Source: a virus. From it: DNA of 64,000 bases. The stretch covers positions 1-64,000 of the IMG/VR virus record IMGVR_UViG_3300017991_000075. The stretch is one strand, 5' to 3'. This document shows, piece by piece, positions 36,433-48,100 of this stretch. The notes below the pieces were generated by a model. That model saw nothing but the letters and a program-made list of their open reading frames with translations. It had not been told where the DNA came from and ran no database searches. Numbering within the stretch: position 1 is the stretch's first letter; the number at the start of each line of letters is the position of its first letter. The translations under genes and the position numbers were made by a program.

Positions 36433-38270
36433 CAAAGAACTTCAGGTCCTACGAATACTTCGACCTTCACTTCGTAGAAGGCACGAACAACCTGGTGCTC
36501 GGTGACAGTGGCAGCAACTCCGATTACGCTACCACCAACGCATCAGGAAAAAGCTCGATCATGTACGCAGTGATGTGGGCGCTGTTCGGTAAGTGGCCCG
36601 ACATGCAGAGCGCTAACAGCCCTGTGAATATCGTCGCTGAAAAAGAATGTGAAGTCTATTACGAGTTCAAGAATACCCAGGGCCAGGCGTGCGCTGTAAA
36701 ACGCTGCCGTAAACCCAATAGTCTTGAGTTCTGGTGTAACAGCGAACCCGTGACCGGCGACATGGCGGTCGTTCAGAATGCGATCAACGAAGCGATCGGT
36801 TGCACTTACGATTTCTATCTCAAGGTGTTTGTATACAGCGGAGATAAAGATACCAAGTTCTCAAGACTGACTGATGCGAAACAGAAAGAGATCCTCGATA
36901 CGATCCTGCCGATGGACTTTGAGGCCGCAAAGGAATTGGCTGTCAAACAGGGTCTTCAGATCAAATCAAAGATCGCCGAGAACAAACATCAGATAGATAC
37001 TTGGACAAATCAGGTTGAGACCCTGAAACTGAAGAGAGATCTCGCAAAGACCAATGCCGCTACTTTCGATCAACAGGCAACCCGTGATCGCACCCCTCTG
37101 GAACAGGATATCAGAGAAACGAAACGACGTATCACGGAGTACGAGGCGGTCATCGAACAGAACAGGGCGGCCATCATAAAGGCCCAGGAAGATCTGAGCG
37201 CAGCCAAACTAGCCACAGCCCGATTGAACGATAAACGCAACGAACGACAGCGTCTCCAGACTGCGATGCTGGAAGCAAATACTGCGCTTCATGGGCACTC
37301 TGAAAAACTTGACAAGATCCGAAACGAGGAGACTAAAGACTGCCCCATGTGCGGGCAGATCCTCGGTGCCCCGTATTCTAAACAGCAAGTCATCGCTACG
37401 ATGGATAAAGAGTGCGTTGAGCTGATTGCTAAAGCAGCCACAGCTACCAACGAGTACAACGCTGTCACTGAAGAGTTGAATCTGATGCCTGTTCCACCAT
37501 TAGACGTTTTCGAGCAGCGATACAGCGCCATTACTGCGGTGGAATCTGAACACAGAACGTATATTCAGCGAGCGCAGGATAGAATCAGTCGATTACAGAA
37601 AGAGATCGAAGCAATACCAGCTCCTGGAACTGAGAATCCGTACCACACCGAAGCACGAGTGTATGGACAGCAGATCGTAGATCTCGAAAGCGAGATCTGC
37701 ACCACAGATCAGCAGATCATCGGTTACGAGCTGGATCTTGACCTGTGGAACCATGTTATCGACGCCTTCAGCACCAAGGGCGTCAAGCACTATGCATTCG
37801 AAACGTTGTGCCCGGAAATGACAGCGATCGCACAGGCGTTCATGCACCATCTGTCCGCTGATCAGCTCAAATTGAAGTTCCGTTCTCACAAGGCATCCGG
37901 AAAAAAGATCATCGAAGGATTCCATGTCGAAGTCACACGTAAAATCGGTGGCAAAATCAAAGAAGGTTATGGCGATATGTCGGGCGGTGAGAAATCTCGC
38001 GTAGATCTCGTCGTTTTTCTGACGCTATATCTCATGGCACAAAAGCATGTCAACAACACAGGCTTACTGTTCCTCGATGAGATCGCAGATACGCTTGATC
38101 CGGCCGGTAAAGCGGCGGTTGTGGAGCTGCTTGACTTTTTCACCAAAGAATACGGCGTTACGTCACTCATCTTGACCAACGATGAGCGTGTAGCGTCATA
38201 CATTACTCAAGGATACCGTTGCAGACTGCTTGATGGTCGGGGACGTATCGAAGAACTGTCAGCAGCGTAG
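36420..38270 (+). CDS. Rad50/SbcC-like ATPase (gp46-like)
   Basis: KNFRSY, NASGKSS, CPMC zinc hook within coiled coil, MSGGEKSR, LFLDE; start MRLV at 36420. Confidence 0.92.
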   Translation: MRLVAKNFRSYEYFDLHFVEGTNNLVLGDSGSNSDYATTNASGKSSIMYAVMWALFGKWPDMQSANSPVNIVAEKECEVYYEFKNTQGQACAVKRCRKPNSLEFWCNSEPVTGDMAVVQNAINEAIGCTYDFYLKVFVYSGDKDTKFSRLTDAKQKEILDTILPMDFEAAKELAVKQGLQIKSKIAENKHQIDTWTNQVETLKLKRDLAKTNAATFDQQATRDRTPLEQDIRETKRRITEYEAVIEQNRAAIIKAQEDLSAAKLATARLNDKRNERQRLQTAMLEANTALHGHSEKLDKIRNEETKDCPMCGQILGAPYSKQQVIATMDKECVELIAKAATATNEYNAVTEELNLMPVPPLDVFEQRYSAITAVESEHRTYIQRAQDRISRLQKEIEAIPAPGTENPYHTEARVYGQQIVDLESEICTTDQQIIGYELDLDLWNHVIDAFSTKGVKHYAFETLCPEMTAIAQAFMHHLSADQLKLKFRSHKASGKKIIEGFHVEVTRKIGGKIKEGYGDMSGGEKSRVDLVVFLTLYLMAQKHVNNTGLLFLDEIADTLDPAGKAAVVELLDFFTKEYGVTSLILTNDERVASYITQGYRCRLLDGRGRIEELSAA

Positions 38271-38282
38271 CGAGAAACACTC

Positions 38283-38804
38283 ATGGCTAAAGAACCAAAA
38301 ATCGCGCTGTTTCAATTCGGCTATCTGATCAACGTTCCACCGCTCAAACAGGAGCTGTTCATCGATAACGATGACATTCTGCTCAAATGGGTGTCTCTTG
38401 GATGGCATACGATGCCCGATCAGATGCACAACGACAACACGGCACAGGGCGGTTTCTTCATTGTCCCTGGTTTGACCATCAAGATTGAAGATTTCGTCTA
38501 TATGCACCGATGGATCAACATCCAAGCTCCGGGAGCGGGACCGTGGCTTGAGCAGCACGAGTGGAATTACGACCGCACCGTGATCGGCTATGTTCACAAG
38601 ATTGTATTCAAGAACGGATGGCAATTAGAAACAGCCTCCCAACACAAGTTCGACGATGTGTGGTCGCCGAGGATCGCTGACAACCGCATAGCGCTGCTTG
38701 AGAACTCAGCCGTCAACCTGGAGTACGTATCAAAGGTAACGAGCTTCAGGACCAACCTGGCTGATTACGTACAGTTTCTGACTGAACGCAAGGAACAAGA
38801 ATGA
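38283..38804 (+). CDS. Hypothetical protein
   Basis: 173 aa, ATGA overlap with the next gene. Confidence 0.7.
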   Translation: MAKEPKIALFQFGYLINVPPLKQELFIDNDDILLKWVSLGWHTMPDQMHNDNTAQGGFFIVPGLTIKIEDFVYMHRWINIQAPGAGPWLEQHEWNYDRTVIGYVHKIVFKNGWQLETASQHKFDDVWSPRIADNRIALLENSAVNLEYVSKVTSFRTNLADYVQFLTERKEQE

Positions 38805-39589
38805 GATACGACTTCATCATCGGTATAGACCCCGGCTATGCGACACTCGGCCTCGCCATAATCGACCTGCGTAACGGTCGTCCTCAATTCGTTCACATGA
38901 GTTCAGCTCTTACCGTAAAAACGGTAAAGGCCCCCACCTCTAAAGAAAAGAAACAACTCAAGATCAAATTTCCGATTGAAGAATTTCAAGAACGCGAAGA
39001 GACCTTTCAACGAATCAATTTACTCGCTGACTATGTTCGAGGGGCTATACGCCACGTATGTAACCCAATATTCAAACTGAATGCTCTTATAGTCATTGAA
39101 GAATGGACCGCCAGTCCGAACGCTAGGTACGTAAAAACGATCTACTATCGTGGTGCGGCTGATGCGGCTGTTCGCCAGGTAGTCAACATGTACGGCGCAC
39201 AGACTCTAACGGTTGACAATATCTGGGTGAATCAGTTCTCCAACGTACAGGGCAAGAAAACAATCGACAAAGACAATCCGACACCTATGGAGATCCTGTT
39301 GTGCATACAAATGTTGTGTCCTTGGCTCAACGGATTTGACGTACAACAATGGCTCGAACATCGTGGCACCGCGCATACATTGAATGGTTCAAGACAGCAA
39401 AAGGGGGTTCCCGAAAAGGCCAAACTACACTATGCTGATGCTGCGGTGATGGCCACCATGGGAGTCCTGGCAATCGATCCAGATCTCGCAGGCCAACGCC
39501 CGCCAAATCAGATGGAGAAACTATCGTACCTGTGGGAGCGCCTGCGTGAAGTCCAAGACCATGATCTTCGACAACGAAGCGGCAACTGA
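38801..39589 (+). CDS. RuvC-like Holliday junction resolvase
   Basis: IIGIDPGYATLG, IVIEE, HYADA. Confidence 0.75.
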   Translation: MRYDFIIGIDPGYATLGLAIIDLRNGRPQFVHMSSALTVKTVKAPTSKEKKQLKIKFPIEEFQEREETFQRINLLADYVRGAIRHVCNPIFKLNALIVIEEWTASPNARYVKTIYYRGAADAAVRQVVNMYGAQTLTVDNIWVNQFSNVQGKKTIDKDNPTPMEILLCIQMLCPWLNGFDVQQWLEHRGTAHTLNGSRQQKGVPEKAKLHYADAAVMATMGVLAIDPDLAGQRPPNQMEKLSYLWERLREVQDHDLRQRSGN

Positions 39590-40445
39590 GCTGGTACTCC
39601 AGATCAAAGAGCGTAATGCTCAAATCGCTTCCTTCTCAAAACAACGTGATCAAGCACCCCATATCCTGCAGGAGCTGCACGGTGAATTCTACGACCACTG
39701 TCAGCCGTTCCTGAGATCTGCTGTCCGTGAATTCGCTAAGGGTGCCAACATTCAGGATCACGAAGATCTTGCGCAGGATGCCTTCCTGAAGATCCTTCGA
39801 ATGATCGATCGCTACAGTCCGAAAAAGGGTCGCCTCCACAACTGGATGACCAAGATCACCAGAAACTTGTGCTGGGATTGGCTCCGGAAGAAAAAACCGC
39901 AGCTCCTGGCAGAGGGACTGCCCAAGGACACTCTCTCGATCGAACTAAAACTCGACGGCGAGTATAACTTTCCTCTGAACTTCGATCGCAAACCGAGTCC
40001 GGAGAACTTGATCGAGGATCGCAAGAAAGTCGATAACTACCTTGACAAAGAAGACTACGATATCATCAAAGATTCGTTTCCGTTCTACGTCAGCGATCGC
40101 CTGATGTTCGATCTACTAACCACCGTCGAACGACACCGCTTCACAGCCTGCCCGGCCTGCGTCGAAGACGTGCTTGCGCTACTTGAAGAAGAAGAAATCG
40201 ATTACACCGAGTATGGCAAGCCCGTAGAGATGGTGAACGCGACCATCATCCTGCTACGAGGGTTATTGATGCGAGTGATCAATCGAGCTGACATCATCAA
40301 GATGGCTCTGATCAAAAACCCGGAATTCAACGAACTCCGGGTCTTGACGAGATTCCTGGGTCTGGAAACAACGGAAAAACTGATCCTGCTACTGGGGGGA
40401 CTCAGGATACAACTCCCAGCCCCAAGACAATTCTACCGAGATTAG
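39561..40445 (+). CDS. Phage sigma factor (region 2) with C-terminal Mor-like motif
   Basis: DHEDLAQDAFLKILRMIDRYSPKKGRLHNWMTKITRNLCWDWLRK; C-terminal LGLETTEKLILLLGGLRIQLP. Confidence 0.8.
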   Translation: MIFDNEAATELVLQIKERNAQIASFSKQRDQAPHILQELHGEFYDHCQPFLRSAVREFAKGANIQDHEDLAQDAFLKILRMIDRYSPKKGRLHNWMTKITRNLCWDWLRKKKPQLLAEGLPKDTLSIELKLDGEYNFPLNFDRKPSPENLIEDRKKVDNYLDKEDYDIIKDSFPFYVSDRLMFDLLTTVERHRFTACPACVEDVLALLEEEEIDYTEYGKPVEMVNATIILLRGLLMRVINRADIIKMALIKNPEFNELRVLTRFLGLETTEKLILLLGGLRIQLPAPRQFYRD

Positions 40446-41806
40446 GTGAACAATGGCGGGAAGTTATTGATAGCTTCTGCCATCCCCGCAGATGGACAAC
40501 ACGGTATCAGTTTCCTGATGTCAGTCGCATCTGTCACATAGTAGAAATACACTTCCCAGCCGACAGCCGCATACCATTGACGCATGTCTTCATCGAGGGT
40601 CGGGTTGTACGCACCGGGATCTGAAACCGAATGCAGTCTAGGACGCACCGATACAGCAGCCGTGTTATTGACTCGATGCCAAAGATCGTGGAGAGCTGTT
40701 ATACCCGGTACTGGGCTTATTACGGTGGGCCACAGCAGCACCTCTTTACTGTAAGTCTCAGCCAACGGCCATAGATCCGGATCATCAAAATACTTCATGG
40801 CGAAGATTGGAGTGGTCTCTCCAGGTGCCAGCATTTGCTGGTTGTGGAGGAACGGCATGATGTCCTGGATCTGTGCGCCGGTATCAACGATTACTGTCGG
40901 GTTCACGAGGAAACTGCCGACTGTCCTGACAGCACTGTACTGCCCGTAGTACCGCTGACCCATGCAAACCTGCTGAGCCAACATCGACGCAGACTTTTCA
41001 CCGCCCGCGTAACGATTCGGGTTGTCTGTGAGAATGAAATACTCGATGTCCAGTGTAAATGCGTTCGTCGTTTGAACGTCGATCCCAAACTCGAAGTAAA
41101 GGGCATCGTCATCAGGCTGGATACCTAGTTCGATCGTTCTCCAAGCCCCTCCCGTGTCTTCAAGATACTGTGTCCCTGAATCCTCCTTCTGCCAGCCGTT
41201 AGCACCACCAGACCAAGTTCCGTACAGCTTGGCTGCCTGGCTGGCGTTACAACGGTATTTGAGTTTCATAGTGAGAGCCTTACCCGCCCAACGATGTCGA
41301 GGCAAGTGATAGCTGACCGGCTGGTAAAACACCGGGAGATCTTCAGTGACAGGATTACGATACCGCGTGCCAGCATCGAAGTAGAGCGTGAAGATATCTT
41401 CATCGGTTCCTGTGAAATCGCCGAAGTGCGTCGAGCCCAAAAGCAGCTCATACGCGATGTACCATCCGAGAGCTTGTGTCGGATGATAGGTATAATTGGT
41501 GCCTGCATAACCGAGCGTGTTACCGTCTTCCAGATTGAAGAAGTTCGTTGACCACACTCGATCTGTTGCGGCCGGGCTGATGTACTGTGGCAGTTTGTTT
41601 AGGATACGGGTCAATTGGAAATGCCCATTCACCTCTAAGATGCCAGCACCGAATAACGAGCTGTCCGGAGTTCCACTCTGAATGGCTGCGTACAGATTGA
41701 GGATCTCTGTTCTTGTGAGAGAAAAGTTACCCTCAATGTCATTGACATAATTACTAGGCGTAATCGGCAGGATGTAATCTTGTCCTGAAAATGGTGGGCT
41801 CGCCAT
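40442..41806 (-). CDS. Tail fibre/receptor-binding protein with CBM-like domain
   Basis: NGHFQL...GKALTM...AWRTIEL...CMGQRYY pattern; last gene of the tail module. Confidence 0.6.
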   Translation of the reverse strand: MASPPFSGQDYILPITPSNYVNDIEGNFSLTRTEILNLYAAIQSGTPDSSLFGAGILEVNGHFQLTRILNKLPQYISPAATDRVWSTNFFNLEDGNTLGYAGTNYTYHPTQALGWYIAYELLLGSTHFGDFTGTDEDIFTLYFDAGTRYRNPVTEDLPVFYQPVSYHLPRHRWAGKALTMKLKYRCNASQAAKLYGTWSGGANGWQKEDSGTQYLEDTGGAWRTIELGIQPDDDALYFEFGIDVQTTNAFTLDIEYFILTDNPNRYAGGEKSASMLAQQVCMGQRYYGQYSAVRTVGSFLVNPTVIVDTGAQIQDIMPFLHNQQMLAPGETTPIFAMKYFDDPDLWPLAETYSKEVLLWPTVISPVPGITALHDLWHRVNNTAAVSVRPRLHSVSDPGAYNPTLDEDMRQWYAAVGWEVYFYYVTDATDIRKLIPCCPSAGMAEAINNFPPLFT

Positions 41807-41808
41807 GA

Positions 41809-42075
41809 TTATTCCTCTTCAAGCTCGTAGTACACGGCCATGAACTTATTCCAGTATTCGAAGTTACCCACGTTGCAGCTCACCAGAACCGCCTTCGGGT
41901 GCTTCTTCTGAAAGGTGTCCAAGAATTCTTTTACAGCACTCTCGTGCATAATCTCGTATTTCAACTTCGCTTGCAGAGCGAAGGCAAACAGTGTCCCGTC
42001 AGCGAGAGTCTTCAAAGCTCCCAGCTTAGCGATTTCCGGTATATCGCCGATGTTTGGAAAAGGCATCCCCGACAT
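41809..42075 (-). CDS. Hypothetical protein
   Basis: 88 aa, AGGAG RBS. Confidence 0.6.
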   Translation of the reverse strand: MSGMPFPNIGDIPEIAKLGALKTLADGTLFAFALQAKLKYEIMHESAVKEFLDTFQKKHPKAVLVSCNVGNFEYWNKFMAVYYELEEE

Positions 42076-42082
42076 AGCACTC

Positions 42083-43360
42083 CTACGGTGTTGAATTACA
42101 TATTGTTATTGTTTCCTTCAGCCCCCATGAAGATGTTCCGGCCGGCCAACCCGTGGGGGCGCTCCCCCACTGCCAACGAGGATCATTCCACGGCACGATC
42201 ACAGTTTCCTGCCTACAGGTCAAGGTTCCGCCTGTAGATCCGCGAGGACCGCCATCAGTTGGGATGTACCCGGGCATGTAATCTTCACCGAGAACGTACA
42301 CGACGGGATCTACATAAACGGCATCACCATCCGCCGAGTAATCAACCTCGTACATAAGATCGGCTAACATACCGAGGAACCCGCCGAATGGCGGCGCTCT
42401 TTCGACGAGCGTGTTCGTCGATGGAGAAACCGTAAACTCAAGATGAACGGTGATGTAATCGGTCGCGGAGACAGGAAGGTCAGATCGAATCTCGATCCAA
42501 TAAAGATTATCGACCAGAGCCAGTGGAATCGGAGCTGCAGGAGTGCTCGTATGCCATCCTGGAGATCCCGGCAGTGTTGCTGCATCGAATATCTCGATCT
42601 CTTCGATGACAGCACCGAGGTCCTGCGGCTGTGCTGTGTCGTATTCACGAAGACGAACGCGGATATTCCCTGATGGCGATCCGACTTTATTCAGGTACAA
42701 CCGGATCTCGTCAAGATATCCGTTGAACGCCGGGAACGTCGCGTAAACAGCGATGTTGGTCGCAGGTGTTCTGCTCAGATGAACTGTAGCTGTAGGAGCT
42801 GTCCCGCCGTACACAGTCCCGCTCACAGGAACGTACAGCGGTGGCAGTCCCAGAGTCGCACGATAAGCATTGATCTGTGTACGAAGATCAACACTGAGAT
42901 CGGCGAACTGCACATAATCAAGACCGAACAAGAAATCGAGGTTGTTACCATCGATATCGTGGATCGGCACGTACTTGACAACGTAATCATCGTTGTCATC
43001 AAAGTTCACTGCTGCACGGCCAATAACCTGCATGTTGCCGGTCTTGTCAATCTTCAGCAAAACAGGAGTGCCAATAGCATCAGCCACCCATTGCCGGGCT
43101 TGGTTGGCGACAAGACAATCACGAACAACAGGACGCCCGGATACTTCGATGAGCTTCACGTTAGCAACGAAAGCCACCTCTGTCGGTTGTCCCGGAGCAG
43201 CATCTTCAGGAAATTCTTTGGTACGAACATCCTCAAGCAGAATGCCGGTTGTGAATTCACGGCCGGCGGCAACTTCTTTACCGGCCCAGCCACGGATCGT
43301 ATCACGAACCCGCTGCCATTCAGCTTCTGTCTGCGCACCAAATCTTGTGTCAGTTGCCAT
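42083..43360 (-). CDS. Minor tail/tip protein with an internal beta-sandwich domain
   Basis: 425 aa, TAATG-coupled to the hub-like gene. Confidence 0.6.
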   Translation of the reverse strand: MATDTRFGAQTEAEWQRVRDTIRGWAGKEVAAGREFTTGILLEDVRTKEFPEDAAPGQPTEVAFVANVKLIEVSGRPVVRDCLVANQARQWVADAIGTPVLLKIDKTGNMQVIGRAAVNFDDNDDYVVKYVPIHDIDGNNLDFLFGLDYVQFADLSVDLRTQINAYRATLGLPPLYVPVSGTVYGGTAPTATVHLSRTPATNIAVYATFPAFNGYLDEIRLYLNKVGSPSGNIRVRLREYDTAQPQDLGAVIEEIEIFDAATLPGSPGWHTSTPAAPIPLALVDNLYWIEIRSDLPVSATDYITVHLEFTVSPSTNTLVERAPPFGGFLGMLADLMYEVDYSADGDAVYVDPVVYVLGEDYMPGYIPTDGGPRGSTGGTLTCRQETVIVPWNDPRWQWGSAPTGWPAGTSSWGLKETITICNSTP

Positions 43361-45183
43361 TATGCTATCCTGAACACGTTCGCCGACATCATCGGAGCGA
43401 TACCACGGCCGATTTCTCGGTTGATTGCTTTCACCTTGTACTTGAAGCCCGTGTCCTCATCGAGAAACAAATCACCAGGCTCCAATAAAATATCCCTCTT
43501 CAATTGAATACTGCGCACGATCTGTTCTGACATCCGGATCGATAACTCGCGTTCAGCGAACGTAAGAAGACCGGGATTCGTAACTTCCGGCTGACCCGCG
43601 TTTGGCCCTGCTGCAACAACAGAGTCGTCCTTCGAAGAGAAGATGTAGTTTTTGATCTCGACTTCGCGACGCTCATACTGTCGAAAAGGTTGCCCGGCGA
43701 ATTTAGAGCCAAAGTGTTCAAGAACAACTTCGGTCTTCAGCTCCTTATAAACGGGTTCATACGGTATTGCCCAAATGTCGAACGAAAAGTTACCGACCTG
43801 TTGCAGCAGCCAGATCGCTGCCAACAACGCCGTAGAAGCCAGCAGATCGTAAACCATCGCCTGAGCGGTAGCAGTTATGTTGTCTGGGGAAGGTGCCCCT
43901 GGCGGGTGTACGTGGGCTGATGCCTGCTGCTTGATGTAAGAAGCAATCCCGATATTTATCGTGTAGGTCAGGAACAACGCAACCAATGTCACGTACACAA
44001 GATCAGTATTGTTTCTAACAGTGATCTTGTAACCGTATTGATCGTAGCTCAAGAACTCAGGATCTTCGATGAAGAATGTAGAACCCCCACCGAACACCCG
44101 AAATTCTCGACGCATGTTTCTAATAGCCGGACTTTCCGGAATAACGTTGCCGTTACCATCTTCAACATTAGTTCCGGTCAGAACCAGATAGGACCTTTGA
44201 TTGTCGTCACTCCAAGTATCTTCAAATTCAACACTAGGATCAAAGAACCCGCAGGTGCCATTACCCGTGGCCATCTTCTGGAAAGGTTTGATGACCTTCG
44301 AGATCTCTTTATCAAGACCAACGGCCGTAATACAGTTGACAGTATTGAAAGCCGTCGCCGACATCGCTGCGTTCGCTATCTGCAGTCCCGAATAAGATCT
44401 ACTCACGGTGCCATCGATTCGACGCGATACGAAACGCAGCTTACCTTCACCGTTGAACTGCGGAGCCAGGTGCAGGACCTCTCCGAGTGTCTTGAGAGCC
44501 TCAAACGGATTGACCTGAACGAATTGAAGTTGTTTCTCGATACGATAAGGGAGAGGGCCGATCAGAACTTCATCGTTCTCAAGGCCCATGCCCCATTCTG
44601 TGTTAGTAGCCAGTTCACGAGCGATGCTTCCGATATCGTCATAGCTGTCTCGATATGTGAAGTTTGGATCATCGTTATTTTTGACATTCGGATACCAAGA
44701 ACCGTCGCTCGTGATCTCACGTTCAGTGAACTGAGCCTCCCTACTTACAAATGAAAGATTCACCGTAGGAAGAGTCCCCCGCTCAGTCTGGCTTTCCTCG
44801 ATGTTGATCACTTTATCCTGGAGTCCTTCAGTTGCCCCAGGTTGACCAACGTGCCACCCTGTAAACGTATTCGGCCAATCATCTTCATCGACCCGCGAAT
44901 CGCCTTCGTAGATCTTGATGATGCAGTTATAGAACATACCTAATGACAGTTTTTTCAGAGCAATGGTAAGCGAGGCCGAACTGGCGTCACTCTTGCTGTC
45001 AAGATTCAAACTGCCGGTAAGAACATAGTCAGTGATGTTGACCGGCGTCTGTTTGTACGTTCCACGAACGATATCGCTATCGTTGTCCTGCCAACGAGAA
45101 AACCACATCACCTTGAAGGCGGGGATGTGGTCATGAGCTTGAGCCTTATCGTCAAGCTCGGTGCCTACTAGAGAGTTCAACAT
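43360..45183 (-). CDS. Tail-tip hub-like (Tal/central tip) protein
   Basis: PVNITDYVL, FTGW.VG, ALKTLGE..PQFNGEGKLRF, C-terminal LEPGD...YKVKAINREI architecture; one hydrophobic hairpin. Confidence 0.6.
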   Translation of the reverse strand: MLNSLVGTELDDKAQAHDHIPAFKVMWFSRWQDNDSDIVRGTYKQTPVNITDYVLTGSLNLDSKSDASSASLTIALKKLSLGMFYNCIIKIYEGDSRVDEDDWPNTFTGWHVGQPGATEGLQDKVINIEESQTERGTLPTVNLSFVSREAQFTEREITSDGSWYPNVKNNDDPNFTYRDSYDDIGSIARELATNTEWGMGLENDEVLIGPLPYRIEKQLQFVQVNPFEALKTLGEVLHLAPQFNGEGKLRFVSRRIDGTVSRSYSGLQIANAAMSATAFNTVNCITAVGLDKEISKVIKPFQKMATGNGTCGFFDPSVEFEDTWSDDNQRSYLVLTGTNVEDGNGNVIPESPAIRNMRREFRVFGGGSTFFIEDPEFLSYDQYGYKITVRNNTDLVYVTLVALFLTYTINIGIASYIKQQASAHVHPPGAPSPDNITATAQAMVYDLLASTALLAAIWLLQQVGNFSFDIWAIPYEPVYKELKTEVVLEHFGSKFAGQPFRQYERREVEIKNYIFSSKDDSVVAAGPNAGQPEVTNPGLLTFAERELSIRMSEQIVRSIQLKRDILLEPGDLFLDEDTGFKYKVKAINREIGRGIAPMMSANVFRIA

Positions 45184-48100
45184 TACAGATAGCCTTCTGG
45201 TGTCACCTTCAATGCCGCGCTGTAATCCTCTGTCAGCTTGTACATCACTGTCGTAGTATAGCCGTTCCTATGAGCAGCCGATACCACGATGAAATCTCCT
45301 ACAGCCAGCCCGCGTCCGGCGTCACCGAGCTGGTACGCGGTGCCTAACACGAGCGTGCCTATAATCTGCTGTCGTACTCCTGTAGATCCATTGATAAACA
45401 TCACTTGGGCTGTCTGGTAGGTCGCGTTAGACCCATCGTTCTCAAACTCAATCTCCGCCGTTTCAGACAGGAACTTCATACGCGGCATCGAGAATGCGTA
45501 CGCGAGTCCCTTGAGCCCCATCGTCGAAGGACCGCCTCTATTGGCCAGGGCCAGTGTCCCGTTCGAGCGACCCTGCTCGCGGAAATCGTAGAACGTGTTT
45601 GCGACACGAACGGCTGAACGATCGGTTGTCCCATCAAAGTGAATGTCCAAATGCGGGGTAGCTGGATTCGCGAACAGCCGAGATCCTTTACCCCACAGAC
45701 CAAGACGATAGATGACGCCTTCAGCAACATCGTAAAGCGGTATAGACCCAACATCGCCTTTCAGAATGATGTTCTTCACGCCTCCGGATGCCTGTACTTC
45801 AGAAAGTCCGCCGATCGGGAACATGATCGTATTGCCATCAAAGAAAGCTCGCACCTGGTTGCTACCGACAAGCTGTTGCGTGACCGCTGTTGTCGGTACA
45901 TGAAGTGCTATCGTATTGCCGCCGTTCGACCACTGCACCAGCACATAATCGGCTTCGCGAGACATGATCGTACCGGCGAGATCATAATCCTGCGTTGTAC
46001 CTGCGCCTTGAACGAGGAACACCTGGCTGCTGACATCTCCGATGATCGTAAAGCCGGAACCATTCCACGGATTCGGTGTCGTGATCGACAGCACGCCCCA
46101 CTCATTGAATTCGAACGAAGGCATCTCTTCAATGACATCGAGATCCGGACGCTCCCACATCAGGGATTCGCCGTCTACATTCAAAGGGAACGTACTTCTG
46201 ATCGTGTAGTCGTTAGTACCTGTGGCATCGACGATCACATCGTACTCAAGAATGTAGAATGAATCAGTCGAAGACAACCACGACCTGATATCGAGCACAG
46301 GAATCGAGGTCCCTTGATCGGGCAGCCGCATAGAGACCATAGCATTCCACAGCGTTACATCATCGGCCCAGGTCTGCTGGGTTACACCGTTCTGGTCGAT
46401 CAGCTTTATGTTTTCGAGATCAGGATACGTATGGGGAGCGGTAGGCGCTGGGTCAAAGAAATCAAGGAAGTTTGGAAAAGCTAGGAAGGGCCACAGCGGG
46501 ACCCTTGAGTTGAAAAGATAAGTAGGCGGGGCATCGAGATCCGCTATGGCCTGCTGCCCCCCAACAGAGTACAGACTTACTGCACGATCCCATAATGGGA
46601 TCTGTCTTACGACAATCTGTGTATCCGTAATCCCAATGAGCATGACGTGCTGCTCGTCAAGCCCATACCGGCGTAGAAAACGCTGATCTGTAAAATCGAC
46701 TATGGAAGAAATGTCAAGTGTGCCGCCGATCTGAATCATCTTTGGCGGTACATCAAGAAAGCCATTCGGCCCTGCAACGACGGCCGATTCAAAACGAGGA
46801 CCTACCCCGTACAAATTTTTGACGAAACGAAGTTCTGCTGCGGCCATTGACAGCTTATAGAAATTAGGATCTGCTGTCGTGTCAGCTCCGGCGTAGAACA
46901 CATCGAGATCTTCGCGGAAACAAAGACCCTCAAGATCTGCTCCATAAATTCCACTCGGATCGAACAGTTCAATCTGTGAGGCGTCATCACGATCGACTAT
47001 CCAGAATTTCTCCGGGTTCGCATCGTTGGTTCCGATGAGACGATTGCGCAGTGTATCGAACGTCAGCCCTACGAACGAAGTACCCATGTTGCCAACCAGC
47101 GTTGCGGAGAATCCCGCACTGATATCGATCTCGTACAACGGGTAGGGTGCTGTGCTGGAGCAACAGTAGATTACGTCACGTTCAGTGTCATATGCCAGAC
47201 CACGAACAAGATAGGCCCCGATAGTCCCTATCTCGGAAGCAGCGCCGGTTGACTTGTTGACCTCATAAATCTTACCGTCAGGAGTGCTGTTGAACCCACC
47301 AGCGATGAGTCGATCACCGACAGGATCAAAAGCCAATGCCTGACAATGCAGCGTGCCAGGTATGACGGACCCGCCGATCAACGTCATAACGCCTGTTTCA
47401 ACATCGACGGTATAGAGCGAGTCTGTACCGCCTCCGTCTTCCATCAAGTACATGGTGTTAGTGCTGTTATCGTATGCAAGACCGCCAGGGTATTTACCAA
47501 CGGTCAGATATGTGAACTGACCAACGACCTCAAATTCAGGTTCTCCTGTCGCAGAGATATACGCTACAGCGACACCGAAATCTGTTCCGCTGTACTGACC
47601 CCAATCCGGATAATCCTTACGACGGTACTTCGTGATTGTGTAATCACTGCCTGTCCACTTATAGGCGTAAGCTACTCGTGCAGTAGCTTCAACAGCTCCG
47701 CTCTTGAGAAAGTCAACCACAAACACGCCGTCACGTTGCCGCTGCAGATGCCCCAGCAGCCACGCTGTGGCTTCGGGGCTGAACGGTGCCATTGACACAG
47801 GTAGAATGATGCCATCGCCATCAGAACGAAGACGGATCTCTGTAGATGGCGGAACCGATGTGAAATTGAACTGTGACAAGCCTTGATCAAAATTTATTTG
47901 TGGCAGAGCGCTATCATCGTACGTTTCAAATTGAATGGGCACCTGCAACGGCGACACCACTCTAAACGTAATCACAAAGTCCTTGTAGTTAGGGTCACTC
48001 TGAGTCGAACGCAGTCTGATACGGATCGCGTAGATCTTCTGAGGGTCCGGATCTACGAGAGTGAATGTGCCAACTTGTTCAATCGGCTGTTGAACGATTG

